The notes under the pieces: generated by a model | The model's input: the letters and a program-made list of their open reading frames with translations, nothing else | What the model was told of the DNA's origin: nothing | The model's database searches: none | Made by a program: the position numbers and the translations under genes | Shown: piece by piece, positions 28,426 through 42,400 of the stretch | Numbering within the stretch: the stretch's first letter is position 1 | Layout: every line of letters starts with the position of its first letter | Assembly: GCF_009914755.1 (NCBI RefSeq) | Contig: NC_060929.1 | Length of the DNA: 64,000 nt | Source of the DNA: the human T2T-CHM13v2.0 reference genome, Homo sapiens | Direction: 5' to 3' (one strand)

Positions 28426-29889
28426 GTTTGATGAAGTGATTGGTAAATCCTCAAGAAACAAGGTTAGTGGGGAAGAAAAACAAATGGCCCTGCAATTTCA
28501 GCCCGTGGAAGAGCTTCTTTGGTCAAGGGCAGAGTGCCGTGGGAGCACAGAACTATCAGAACTGTGGACAGGTGTCAGGGCAGGCTCTAAGAGGAAGGCA
28601 GAGCCTGAGCCGAGTCACAGAGGATCAACAGGAGACGGCAAAAAAGGAGGATCCACTTCCTAGGAACAAAGGTCTGGGTGTCTCCAGGGGCCAAGTTGCC
28701 TCATCTGTTCGCCTAACTCCTCACCTTCAGCTCCACCCTCCAGGGGACCCCTTCTAAATCAAGCCTGTTCTTCCGGGAGGGAAACTGGGGTGTCTACCCT
28801 GAGCCCTAGGTTTGGTGGTGGCAGTGGGTGCCCCAGGATGTTGCAGTTATTTTTGATGGCTATTAATTTACATTACAAGCATACATACTTTCATAACATC
28901 TGGCGCATGCTGGCTGCATTGCTCTGGGCTCTGCAGCCCTCAAGGATTTGCCCTCCCTGGAATTCTTCCTGCAGTTTCCCCACAGTTCCCCTTAGGAGTC
29001 TAAACTTTTGTGGAGCTTTATTGATCCTGGCCCCAGACCATTCAGAAAAGGCACTAATTCAATTACAGCTGCGTGAAATCCTTCAGAGGCAGCCTAAGGA
29101 GACTGATTTTGATTCTCCTTTTCTGTGTCAGTGGTTTCCAATAGACAGTGTTTGAGAGGCAGAGCATATTCTCTTTAAATTATAAATAACCAGAACAGGG
29201 AAAAGAGGTGGCACTGGGAACGGGGCAGGAATGGGTAAATTTAAAAAAAAGCTGCAGCAAAATGATAAAACCCTGTGGCTTCAAAAATGTTTTATGAGTT
29301 TCTATAAGGCAATAACACAGAAGGGAAGGTCCTTTTTAAAATCTATTTTCTGAGATGGTCTGTGCTGTATACACTGTATACACATTGTGGCTAAATCTCT
29401 GAATTCCTAATACAGAGATTGAAACTAAAATCAAGAAAGCAGAGGGGATTCCACCAAAATCATGCAGACCATCAGGGGTCAGTTTGGAAACCACCAATCC
29501 TGTTTAGATATACAACCAACTGCTTCCCCCATTCATGGTGTCAGGCCTCTTTCACATTTATAGCGCCTGGAAAACTCCAAGAAAAGAAGATAACCTTACG
29601 TCGCAGACCCTGTTAAATTACAACCAGCAATGAGTCACCTGCCACCTGCTTTCTAACAGAACTCAAATTTTGCCTACTCTCCCAAGGATCCATGCACTTT
29701 AGGGATTGGCCTAAGCCTCTGGGAATTGGTTTGGCATGGACATAGGAACCAATGCTGGCCAACGAGACACACGGGCAGACTCCCAGGGAGGCTCCTTGGA
29801 AAGAGATCTTCCCATCTCTTCAAAAGATAAATAGACATAGATAGGTATAGGCATAGGCATACAGTAGAACTAAAATGAGAACATTTTGA

Positions 29890-30660
29890 CTCATGTAACT
29901 GAAAAGTAGAGGCACTGCATGGGAAGAAGGACTGTGCTGGACTCAGAGTCCACAAAACTTGGTCTTTCTCCATTCCCAGTCTCCTTTGTTCTGAGTTGGC
30001 TTTGCACTCAGGAAGCCTCCTCCCACAGATGGTTCCCTATTAACTCCAAGTATGCATAATTTTACAGCCAGCAGTTCCCAGGTGATATGGTTTGGACGTG
30101 GTTCTCTCCAAATCTCATGCTGAAATGTGATCCCCACTGCTGAAGGGGGAGCCTAGTGGGAGGTGTTTGGGTCATGGGGGCGGATCCCTCATGAATGGCT
30201 TAGTGCTGTCCTTGCCGCATTGAGTGAGTTCTTAGTCTGTGATTTCATGTGAGAGCTGGTTGTTTAGAGTAGCATGCCACTCCTCCTCTCTCTCTTGCTT
30301 TGTCTCTCACCATGTGACATTCTGGCTCCCCTTCGCTCCACCATGATTGTAATATTCTTTAGGCCCTCACCAGAAGCACCAGTGTTCTAGTAAAAGATCT
30401 AGGCTTGAGTTTTATCCAATCAACTTAGGAGATGTGTTCATCTCTGAGACAACCACTGTAACATGGGGAAAGAATATGCTAATTGTCCATGCTGGAGTTA
30501 CTTGCTGGCTGCTGAAACAGGACATGGGGTGGAATCAGCCCACACAGACCACTTGCAGGAAGAATCAGGGAGGGGTAGTTCCCCTAAAGAAAAATGGAGA
30601 ATCTGCTAGTAGAAGAAGTTGCATGGATGCTGGCCAGGCATGGGAGGTGTCCACAAAGCA
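29890..30660 (-). mobile_element. Old MaLR (MLT1) LTR interrupted by an MST LTR
   Basis: ttgactcatgtaactgaaaagt...; resumes after 30378 with ggggtggaatcagcccacacagacc...ggatgctggccaggca. Confidence 0.5.
30083..30378 (+). mobile_element. MST (MaLR) LTR, MSTB-like, 3' truncated
   Basis: tgatatggtttgg...aaatctcatgctgaaatgtgatcccc...gggtcatgggggcggatccctcatgaatggctt...ggccctcaccagaagca. Confidence 0.85.
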
Positions 30661-31250
30661 GGGTGATGTAGATCATGGTGAGGAGTTGGGATTTTATACT
30701 ATGAGCACTGGGAAGCGATCAAAGCATTTTAAACAGAAGAGTGATCCACTGACATATGTTCTGATGACATTTCAAAAACAAAATTCTTACTGCAGGTTAC
30801 AGAAAGTACTTCAGGGAGCTAAGCTTGGAAGGATTGAAATCAGGGGCTATGATAGAATGACAGGCAGGAGAGCTTGGTGCCTTGAACCAGGGTGGTATTT
30901 GTAGAAATCAGAAAAACATGAACATATTTGAGATACTCTTGTGGAAGAGCTGATGTCACTTGTTGATGGATCAGAGATGGGCTAGTAAATGAAAGAAGTC
31001 AAGCATGATTCCCAGGGCTTGGGCTTGATCACCTGAGTAAATCATGATGCCATTTACCAACAGGGGAAAGACATGGGAAGTGGGAAGACAGGGATGAGCT
31101 GGGAGGGCAAAAATCAAGAGTTCTGTCATGAATACAGAAGAACAGTCTGTGCTGGAATTATAAATCCAGGAATCATCAGCATATAGACATTATTTAAATG
31201 AGAAAGACGGAATGAGATCACTCAGGAAATCATGTAGAGAAAAGAAGTGG
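30660..31250 (-). mobile_element. LINE-2 fragment
   Basis: gagttgggattttat..., ttttaaacagaagagtga..., gtcaagcatgattccc..., gccatttac..., gaatgagatcactcagg. Confidence 0.65.
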
Positions 31251-31329
31251 GGGCACTCATACTACTTCACCAACAATTTCTCCACTCTGTCCAACCCGGT
31301 CCTCTTGGGTTCTGAGCAAATAGGGGTTC

Positions 31330-31680
31330 TCTCACCCCTGGACTTCTTTCTTGTGCCATTCTCATTGCCTGCAATGCCTTCCTCCCTTTTCCTAGTATCC
31401 CTGAATGCTCATTCTTTAAGGATCAGCTCAAATCTACCCTCTCCAGGAATCATGGGCCTTGTTTAGCCCCACTGCCAATGTCGGCCTCCTTGCTTCCCGT
31501 AACTTTGTTTATTCACTGCACATTTGGCATTTGTAAGTCAATGTCTTCTGCTCTGTGTATATGTCATATTTCTCCCAATTAGAGTATAAGCTCAGAGAAG
31601 GCAGTCTGGATGCCTTTACACTCCCCAGTATTTGGCAGGTTTTCCAGAAAAGAGTTAAAACAAACATCTGTTGATCAATG
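31330..31680 (+). mobile_element. LINE-2 3' end
   Basis: ctcattctttaaggatcagctcaaatct..., ttagagtataagctc...gaaggcag. Confidence 0.55.
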
Positions 31681-32629
31681 ACCACATTCACTCTTATCTT
31701 CTCTTGCTACTTTTGTGCCAGTGGTTGAGAATTAATCTCAAATTCTGAGCAGCTCAGCAAGGGTGTTTCAATCAATTTCTTGAAAATAAGGCAGCAATTG
31801 TCAAATACTTTAAGACACTTATGGCAAATAAATGCTTGTGGCAAATAAAAAGAATATGACTCACTTCATATTGAAAAGAACCAGATGAAAGTAGTTTCCC
31901 ACAGAGGAAAGTCATAGAATTAAAATGAATGTCTATGAACCACTTCAACTATTTTTGCATCTACCCCTGAATAATATTCCACTTAACTGGAACATATCTC
32001 AGTGTGTTTGTGCCCATTTAACACTCCCTGTCTTCCCAACCCAGCATCTGTAACTTACAGCCTGTAGTCATTCCAAAATGCTTCCACGTGGCTAACCTGG
32101 GTTGCCAAGCCCCATCTGGCTCAGTTAGCACTGGAGATTCTGGAGAGCCCCAAATTATCATTCTTTTCTGGTTGTACTACCAAAGACCTTCCCATCCTAT
32201 CTCTTCCTCAAACTCCCTAAGTTCCATAGTTGTATTTGTTCCAATTTTGAATCCCAATAGTCCCCAGCTGTTTTAGATGCCCCGCCTCCCCACCCCCATC
32301 TGGGCTCTCCTGGCTGGGCTTCCCATGACAGTATTCTCCAATTAGGCAAATCACCCTTCAATCCCCAAATTTTCTTTAAAGCTGTAGCAAGTACACCCAC
32401 AGTCGTGACAATACTGAATAAAATGGAATAGGTCTGATTCACTTTCCCAAAGCTGACTTTTGCTGCTGATTGACTCATATCTGTTTACCAGAGGTCATCT
32501 GATTTCCTCCTTTTGACTCATGCTCAACTTCAAAACTGATATAACTTGAGTGTGCCACTCGAATGTGACCTTCCTTTTTGCCTGCAGAACCTCCAGCTCC
32601 ACTCAGCTCCTGGGGCTCAGCCAGCAGAG

Positions 32630-32845
32630 CTGTGCAGTGGAAAGGAATCCACCTTGGAACAGGATCCCTGGCTTTACCACTTCAATTGCTGAGTGATCTC
32701 CAGCTAGTTAGTTTCAGCCTATTTCCTCATGTGAAAAATTGAGGTAAAAATACTTGGAAATATTGTTGTGAAGGTTAAGTAACGTAAGAAAAATGCGTGG
32801 AACCATGTCTTCCACCAAAGTAGGTAGGGGCTCAACAAATATTGA
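32630..32845 (+). mobile_element. MIR
   Basis: ctggctttaccact..., tttcctcatgtgaaaaa..., gttgtgaaggttaagt..., ctcaacaaat. Confidence 0.6.
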
Positions 32846-32920
32846 ATTGATCCATATGACATTGCCATTTATATAGGTCAAAAATGGCCAAATATTGACA
32901 ATTTCATATGGTTCAACCTG
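32843..32920. mobile_element. MADE2-like mariner MITE (~80-bp inverted repeat)
   Basis: ttgatccatatgacattgcc ... gacaatttcatatggttcaa are reverse complements (3 mismatches in 20) around a short spacer. Confidence 0.75.
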
Positions 32921-33129
32921 CCATCAGCCTATTACTCAAGCACCTAAGAAATCAGTGTCCAATTGGTTGGAGTATTGGGTACAAACAAGGTAGAACCTTA
33001 GAGGTAGAACCCCAGTGTTGACTTTTATTTACATTATCAAAGAATCAAGGAAGGCCAGCACCCTACTATGCACTTTAAATTCTGGAAGATTTTCTTCACT
33101 CTTAGCTAGTTAAACAAAGCCGATTTAAG

Positions 33130-33330
33130 AGACAGGATAAAATTGTGGTTTAGAGCCTAGACTCTGGGGAGAGATTGTCTGGGATTAAATTCCAGCTCTG
33201 CTACTGACGAGCATTGTGAAACTGAGCAAGTTTGTTAATCAACCTGGGTCTCAGTTTTGTTCCCCGTGACATAGGATATTACAGGGTGTTGTGCAGATGA
33301 AATAAGTTAAAACATGTAACATTCTTAGAA
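33130..33330 (+). mobile_element. MIR
   Basis: gtggtttagagcctagactctgg...aaattccagctctgctact...tctcagtttt. Confidence 0.65.
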
Positions 33331-34469
33331 TCTGGAAGTGTTAACGATCATTATCTTGATTTAAAATAGGTGGTTTGGCCTGACTAGTTAGTGAAATCTC
33401 TTTCACAACAAAGCACCCATTGGGTAGAAATCAGAACTCCAGCAATGGAGAATCAGCCTCCCCTTGTTGATCAGTCCCAGTTTAGCAGCTGGGATACTCC
33501 TTGGGAAGCTCAAAGATGGTAGGTGTCACCACCCATGATAGCTCAGTGAGAATCCACCCAGCCAGTGATGAGTGCTTCAAGGGTGGGGCAGAGAATATCA
33601 CACAGTCATTTGGAGCAGTGGTGATTCATGCACACCCTGAAAACCTCAACAGAAAAGAGATGGTAGCAGATGAAAAGGAAGAGGGATACAATTTCCACAA
33701 CCAAGAAGAAACAGACACTGCTCATTCTGGTGAGAAATGAGAGCATAATTTGAATTCAGCATTTATTTAGAAAATCAGATTAATGAGGACAAAGACATCA
33801 TAAGGAAAATAATGATAAAGACCTCTAGGCTTTCCCACAATCACTTTCATGTATATTATCAAACTATATCCACACACAAAAAGTCTCTGAGTCAGATAGG
33901 CAAAGCCAGCATTATTTTCATGTATGGATGAGGAACTGATGAATCATGGAGTTTGAATGGCTAACTAGAGTCTAAAAGAATGTAGAAACCCATAAAAGAC
34001 AAAGAGAATAAAGAAAACAAGCAGACAAGAGAATTCCACACAAGTTTGAAAGATAGGACCAGATGGAGGTAAGTGGTTTAGTAAGACAGAGGAAGCAAGG
34101 ATTTAAGTCACCTGAAGACAAGTTACCACAAATGAATTAGCTCATTCATCCCAATGGAAAACCTGAGATGCTCAAGATTTGGAGACAGCAGGTACAATGA
34201 AGGGTTGGGTTGAGGTAAGGAGCTAAAAATAGAAGTTGAAAGTTCGTTTGTGAAGCAGTCATGTTCTTCTCTCACCTTGCACAGTCAGGCCACTAGTTTC
34301 CCAGGCTGGTGATGAAAGAGTTTTTTTGTGTGTAATTTGAATGGGAAAGGCTTTGACTTGGGGCTACAGAGATAGGGGCAACAGAGGGGAGGGACATGGA
34401 AGTCTGCAAACTTAACCAACTTCTCTTCATTTCTCCCTCCCTACTACTCTTCTCCGCCTCACTTCTCTA

Positions 34470-35108
34470 AAGAAGATATACAAATGGCTAACAGGTATGT
34501 GAAAAAATGCTCAACGTCACTAATTGTTAGGGAAATGCAAGTCAAAACCACAATGAGATATCATCCCACCCCAGTTAGAATGGCTGTTATCAAAAAGACA
34601 AAAACTAAATGTTGGTGAGGATGTGAAGAAAGGGGAATGCTTATACACTGCTGATGAGAATGTAAATTAGTACAACTATTATGGAAACAATATAAAGGTT
34701 CCTCAAAAATCTTAAAATGGAACTACCATATGATCCAGCAATCCCACGATTGGGAATATATCCAAAAGAAAGGAAATCAGAATATTGAAGAAATATCTGT
34801 ACCCCCATGTTTATTGTGGCACTATTCACAATAGCCAAGATAAGGAATCAACCTGTGTCCATCAACAAATAAATGGATAAAGAAAATGAGGTCTGTATAT
34901 ACAATGGAATGCTATTGTATATAAATACATTTTCAGCCATAAAAAACGAAATCCTGTCTTTTGAAGAAATGTGGATGGAACTAGGGGATGTTATGTTAAG
35001 TGAAATAAGCTCGGCAAAGAAAGACAAATATTGTATATTCTCACTTATATATGAAACTGAAAAAAGTTGATGTCTTGGAGGTAGCGAGTAGAATGATGGT
35101 TATCAGAT
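34470..35108 (+). mobile_element. L1MA-type 3' fragment
   Basis: aagaagatatacaaatggctaacagg...gaactaccatatgatccagcaatccc...gttatgttaagtgaaataagc...gagtagaatgatggttatcaga. Confidence 0.85.
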
Positions 35109-35446
35109 TATCTTTTGACAAATTAAATTATCCTAAAGAAAAAGTTTCCAGCTTTATTGATTGACCGATTTGCATTTATGAACTCCATGTTCAATCACCC
35201 ATAAATGGAGCCCACAGGTCAGTAAGTTCCGCCCACACACACAGGGCCTCTGAACAGTCTTTTAAATGCTCACTCTTAATGTGAACAGAGTGCCAAGGCT
35301 CCCCAGATGGCTGAGGAAAGCCTCTAGCATGAAAGAGAAAGACCAATGCAAGAAAAAATTTAAAAAAATAAATCTGGAGAAAACAAATAATAGAAGAGGA
35401 TATAAGATTTTTAAAGTTATAACCCTTAGTGAAATAAGTGAAGACA

Positions 35447-36009
<563 letters not shown>

Positions 36010-36049
36010 CTAACATTCAACCAAAATGATTTGTAAAAAGATCGTCATC

Positions 36050-36202
36050 CGAGTTAATGGGTGCAGCACACCAGCATGGCACATGTATACATATGTAACT
36101 AACCTGCACATTGTGCACACGTACCCTAAAACTTAAAGTATAATAATAATAAAATAAAAAAAGAAAGAAATAATAAATAACTTATTTACCTTTAAAAAAA
36201 AA
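36050..36202 (+). mobile_element. Very short young L1 3' end (L1PA2/3-like) with TSD
   Basis: cgagttaatgggtgcagcacaccagcatggcac...ccctaaaacttaaagtataat; TSD aaaaagatc(g/a)tcatc (36035-36049 / 36203-36217). Confidence 0.92.
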
Positions 36203-36214
36203 AAAAAGATCATC

Positions 36215-36292
36215 ATCACACCACTGCACTCCAGCCTGGGTAACAGAGTGAGATCTTGTCTCAAAAAAATAAATAAATAAATAAAAATAAAA
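36215..36292 (+). mobile_element. Alu 3' fragment
   Basis: atcacaccactgcactccagcctgggtaacagagtgagatcttgtctc plus A-rich tail. Confidence 0.88.
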
Positions 36293-37098
36293 AGAGAGAG
36301 AGAAAAAAAGTAAAGTGACAATAAAATTTCCCAGGAGTAAAAACAAAAATCTCCAGATTGAACACATTGCTTTTATGAACAGAAAAATAAATTAATTAAG
36401 GCCCACCCTATGCCAAACTATGTAATTGTGAGATTATGTGTTACCCCCAAATTATGTGAGGAACATTATGAGATAATTGTGTCCCCAAAGAGAGGGGAAA
36501 AGTCACTTACAAGAAAATAAGCATGAGGAAGGAATAGGATTATACAACACTTACAATAAATGTTAGAAGAGATCAATAAGATAGTGCCTTCAAATATGTG
36601 AAGGAAAATTAAGTTTCAACCTAGACTTTGAATCTCAGCCAGACTATAACTCCAGAGAGTTGATAAAATAAAGACATTTTCAGAAGAGTAGGAATGCAAA
36701 AACACTACCCCTATTTCTTTTTTTTAAAAGCAACTGGAGGACTTTCAGTTATCTTAATGGCAGTCTAGACCAATCCTCCTGATGAGGTTGACTAAAACAG
36801 CTATATATGTATATTGAGTAACGTAGAGGATGAATATATACATACATACTTTTTTTCTTAAAATCCTTAAAAAGCAAACTAGTGAGGGATTACCATGCCA
36901 AAAACTTGGGAGAATATAAGAAGGAAAAAGCAAGTACTCACAGATGCACTGGCCCTGATTAGGAAGAAACAGCTGCAGTATGGAGCTGTGGTATTTGGCA
37001 GCCTCACTGAACAAAATAGATAAAAGGACCTGCCAAGTGGAAAGTCTGATAAATACCCACACATTAAATGAAGGTCCTGAAGGGCTTTACTCTTAGGG

Positions 37099-37275
37099 CA
37101 GAGCTTCCCAAACTTGTGGGCACATTAGAATCACTGGAGAGCTTTTAAAAATTCCAAAGCCCAGGTAACACCAGAGACCATTCAAATCACAATCTCTGAC
37201 TGTAGGAAACAAGCATCAGTACATTTTAAAGTTTCCCAGGTGACTCAAATGTACAAACAAGTTTGAGAATCGCTG
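37099..37275. mobile_element. MER5-family hAT relic
   Basis: cttcccaaactt...cacattagaatcactggagagctttt...ttcccaggtgactc...aagtttgagaatcgctg. Confidence 0.75.
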
Positions 37276-37814
37276 CTGTTAGAGAAAGAATAAATTGAAA
37301 TCAACACTGTTCTCATATGGATGATCCAGGGAATCTCAAGCCTGAAATTTCAATTAAGGTAGTCTAGAGTGTCAGAAGCAAATTAAAATTTTCTGTGGAG
37401 GTAGATGTTTTCAATCTATGCCCAAATTATTTCTACGAATAAGATTTCAAATACAATGTTAAGCATAAGGTCTGTATGAGACATAACCAGGGAGTAAAAA
37501 AAGACAACAGAAACAAGCCCACAAAGATTTCAGATAGTGAAAGTATTGGGCACAGCCACCAAAATCATGTTTTCTGTCTTCAGACTGAAAAAGAAAATCT
37601 TGAACATTTCAATTGGGAAGTGGAAACTTTAAAAAGTTGCTTTTATTTGAAAAAGGACTGAGTAGAAATTCTAGAACTAAAAAATACAGTAACTATAGTT
37701 AAGAATTCTACAGGTTTACCAGATATACAGGTAGAACAGATATAGCCAAATATTAGATTAGGGAACTGGAATATAAATTAGAAGAAAGTATCCAGAAAAA
37801 AATGAAAGGATGAG

Positions 37815-38022
37815 TATTGATTGCCAAATATTTGTTTGCATGGCCAGAGAGTCAATATTTCAGATCATGCAGGCCATACTGTCTCTGTGGTAACTAGTCA
37901 ATTCTGCCACTATAGTTCAAAAAAAGCCATAGACAACAAGCAACTGAATAATCATGACTATATTCAAAACTTTATTTACAAAAACAGGTGACTACCTCCA
38001 AAGCCACAGTTTATCAACACTT
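37815..38022. mobile_element. MER58A-like hAT relic
   Basis: ggccagagagtcaatattt...caggccatactgtctctgt...aaaactttatttacaaaaacagg...cacagttt. Confidence 0.75.
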
Positions 38023-38334
38023 AACATAGAATGAAAATTTTAACATATGTATGTTATGTCTTGGAGACATAGGTCTCCAAATAGACCACAAGGAGAGTAA
38101 TGGGGTACAGACAGTAAATGAAAAAAAAAATTACCAAGAGTTTTTTAAAACTGATGAATGACACCAATTCAAAAAATTCAGGAGTTCAATAAATCCCTAA
38201 TATGATAAATATAAAGAAACCCATACCTTGGTTTGCAAGAAAAGCAAAGAGAAAGGGAAAATCATAAGCTAGAGAAAAAGAACACTTTCAAAGTTGTGAC
38301 AGAGTGGCAACTAACTTCTCAGTATCAAAAAACA

Positions 38335-39455
38335 AAGACTGAAAGGTAAGACCTCAAACTGTAAGAATCCTAGAAGAAAACCTAGGAAATACCATTCTGG
38401 ACACTGGCCTTGGGGAGGAATTCATGACTAATCCTCAAAAGTAATTGCAACAGAAACAAAGATTGACAAATTGGACCTAATTAAACCAAACACCCTCTGC
38501 ACAGCAAAAGAAACTACCAACAGAGTGAAAAGAAGACCTACAGAATGGGAGAAAATATTCACAAACTATGCATCGGACAAAAAAGATCTAATATCCAGAA
38601 TCTAAAAGAAACTTAAATCAGCAAGCAAAGACAACTCCGTTAAAAAATGAGCAAAGGACATGAACAGACACTACTAAAAAGACATACAAGTGGCCAACAA
38701 ACATATGAAAATATGCTTAACATCACTAATAATCAGAAAAATGCAAATCAAAAGCACAAAGAGGTACCATCTCCCACCAGTCAGAATGGCTATTACTAAA
38801 AAGTCAAAAAACAATAGACGCTGGCAAGGCTGCAGAGATAAGGGAACACTTATACACTGTTAGTAGGAATGTAAATTACTTCAGCCCCTTTGGAAAGCAG
38901 TTTGGAGATTTCTCAAAGAACTAAAAACAGAATTACCATTAAACTCAGCAATCCTATTTCTTTTATTTAAAAAAAAGATTCTTCTAACAAAAAGATACCT
39001 GCACTTGTATGTTCATTGCAGCACTATTCACAAAAATGAAGACACAGAATCAACCTAGGTTCCCATCAACAGTGGATTGGACAAGGAAAATGTAGTATAT
39101 ACATACCATGCAATACTACACAGCCATAGAAAAGAATGCAATCATGTCCTTTGCAGCAACATGGATACAGCTGGAGGCCACTATCCTAAGTGATTTAACA
39201 CAAGAACAGAAAACCAAATACTGCGTGTTCTCACTTAGAACTGGGAGCTAAACTCATGGACATAAAAATGTCAAGAATAGACACTGGGGACTACTAGATG
39301 GGGGAGGGGCACAGGGGTTGAAAAACTGTTGGGTACTATACCCGCTATGTGAGTGATGGGATCATTAATACCCAAACCTCAGCATCATGCAATATACCCA
39401 TGCAACAAACCTGCACATGTACCCGTGAATCTAAAAGTTAAAAAAAAAAAAAAAA
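38335..39455 (+). mobile_element. 5'-truncated L1 (L1PB / old L1PA) 3' end
   Basis: ORF2 3' region plus 3'UTR cccaaacctcagcatcatgcaatataccc...gaatctaaaagtt and poly(A). Confidence 0.9.
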
Positions 39456-42400
39456 CAGCACGAGGGAATGTCTTCAACACAGTAATAGAAAATAACTGCC
39501 TACTTAGAATTCTACACTCATCAAAAATATACCTCAAAATTTAAAGCAATATGATGACTCTATTTGACAAGTAAAAACAGGGTGTCTTCTGTAGATCTGC
39601 ACTAAAAGATATTCTAGAGCATGTAGTTCAGACATAAGGAAAATGATCATTGGTGAAAGGTAAAGCTGAGGGAAAAAAAGGAAAGCAAGAAAAATGGTAA
39701 ATATGTGGGTAAATCCAAATGAATGCTATGTAAAATAATAACATGTTTTATAGTGTTTTAAATATATAGAGAATTTAAATACACTGTAATAATAGTTTTG
39801 AATTTGGGAAAGTGGTATTGAATTTGTGTTGTCTAGGAGGAGGGTAAAGGTAATAATTAACATTTGGTAAGTCAAGGATGTGAATCATAATTTCTAGAAT
39901 AACCACTAAGAAAATAGAAACAAAGTGTACAACTTCCAAATTAATGAAGGGGAAGAAACTTCAAACTAGAAAAATCAAAAAGAAGGCGAAGAAGAGAGAA
40001 AAAATAGAACAGCAGGTATGATGGAAAGTACAAAATAAAATGGTAGATTTAAACACAAAGGTACAGTTAATACATTAAGTATAAATAGACTAATTGCTGC
40101 AATTAGAAGTCTAAGATTGTCCTTCTGGATCAAAAAAAAAAGACAAACTAATGAACAAATTCCAAATACAGGTTGTTTAAAAGTAACATATCTAAGACAT
40201 AAAAATAAAAATCAATTTTAAAGGGGCAAAAAATAAAACATAAAAATAAAGAAATGTTTACAGCAACTAGAAAATATGCTCCAACAAAATGAGAAAATAA
40301 ATTAAGGAAAAAATAACACATGGGATTGAGGAGACAGGGGACTGGCATTGGAAGTCAAAGGGTTATGGGAAGAAAGTTTCCAGGTAAAGTAGAGAATTAA
40401 TAAACACTTTGATGCCTCTGAGTATGGGGAAAAATAACAGCTGATTGATATATGGTGTCTCTGATGGAATATTTAGAAAAATGTGGATATTAGCTTTTTA
40501 AAACTACAGTGAAAATAGAAGCAATTAATAATTCTAAAAAATCCCATGAAAGGTTTCTTTCAGACAAGAAAGGAAATGCAATCATACCCTGTGGATTGAT
40601 TTCACAATTTAAAAGTGTTTGCCCAATCTCAATGTAAACACTATTTAATAATTGAGCTAAAATTTGTTATATACACTGCTGAGCAGAAGAGGGAGGAGAG
40701 TGGAATGTAAGAGAGAGGAATACTTACTGTGTAAAATAGAAGTCACTAAATGAGGTCTAAAAAATGTAAATCAAGAATTGGTAGCATAATCCTATTACTT
40801 AGAATTATAGAGGTAAGTGCCAGAAAGATCAGCTAAAATAAATGCAAGTGACTATCTCTGAGAAGAAGGAGGTAAGGGATGAAGAGTAGTGAGGCAAGTG
40901 CTGTTTATAATTATGAGCCTTCTTGTTTTATTTGGTTTTTAAACTATGTACGTGCATTACTTTGTTAAAATTGAAATGACAAAAATGAAATCAAAACAAA
41001 CCAGAAAATAGAAGCAATGAAGGGGCCCTTTTCCTATCAGATATAACAATTAAAATGGAAATTAAAATTGTCATTACACAGAAATACATAAGTAGATATC
41101 AAAATACATTATAAATTATGTAAGTTAAACAATAATTGTCACAGAAATAAACAAATAGTTCCATGAAACAGGATAAATATTCAAATTAATATGGAAATTC
41201 ATTTCATGATAAAGGCAGCCTTTTAACAAGAGTATTTTAAATTAGTAGGGATATTTAATTGATGACTGGCAATTCATTTTGAAAAATCAGTGTTAGATCC
41301 CTGTCTCACACCATACAAAGAAAGAAATTTCAGTCAGATCCAAAAGCTAAATGCAAAACCCAAAATTTAAAAAAGAGAATGAGATAATATCTGTATGTAC
41401 TAACTTTGAAATAGGTCTATAAGCTATTTTTAGGTGAAAAAAGAAAATAGGAGTACAGTATGATTAGCATAATTCTATTTTTTAAGTAAAAATATATATG
41501 TGAATTTGTGTGTGTGCATGTGTGTGTGTGTGTATGCATGTGTGAGAGAAGTGCAGGGGAAGGAGCAATTGAGAACAATAGCCTAGAATATCCACTAAAT
41601 TGTTAATAACAGTAACTAGATTTTGGTGGTGGTGATGATGGAGAGATCATAACTAAAAATGTGGGAAAGTTGTCAGTGATTATTACTTTCATTTTCTCCT
41701 TTTTTCACATTTTTCAAATAAAAGCTGTTAAAAAGAAAAAGGTTAAAAGAGTTCCAAGTGAAGGTTTAGTCTTAACCTTTAAATCTATCCCTCTATTACT
41801 TACCCTGGGATTTATAAAAACTGTGCTCACACATAAATCCTGCATATATTTCTATCTGCTAAAGCTTCTGTGATCTTTCTTTTTCTAAAAAAAAAAAATA
41901 CTTTATCCAGCTTTTGTAAATAGGAAATGTTCTATTTAAGTAACATTTGTTGAATGATTATAATATGTGGAACAAATAACTAGATATGTCATATAATTTT
42001 TCCTAACACCCTGGGTTCAATCTAGAAAATTTTGTAAGGAAAATTACAAGTAAGGCAAGTTAAAAAGAGGGGAGTACTCTTTCTAAGATTATATCAAATA
42101 ACTCCAAGGCAATAATGACAATTTTTAAATTGATTCCTGTACTGTGGAGAAACTAAAAAAAAAAAAAAAAAGATAAAAACAGCATCCCTATATGTTATCA
42201 GATGTAAGACCTGCAAAGAAAAAAATGCATTGAGAAATATTTCTGAAAGCATTTTATTAAGAATAAATCCTGGTTGCCTCTTGTTTTTAAGCTGCAATGC
42301 CAAGATCCTTTTTTTTTCTCTATAGGGTAGAAAGCAGATTAACAAAATCAAATTGAAAGCAATAGAAAAATGAGAGAATAGAGTTTTTATATTATCTTGG

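Noticed and set aside
30434-30904. 156-aa ORF
   Set aside because: Spans MLT1 and L2 remnants, with a non-ATG start.
42155-42171. Isolated poly(A) run as a retro-insertion
   Set aside because: No flanking target-site duplication or upstream element sequence is visible.
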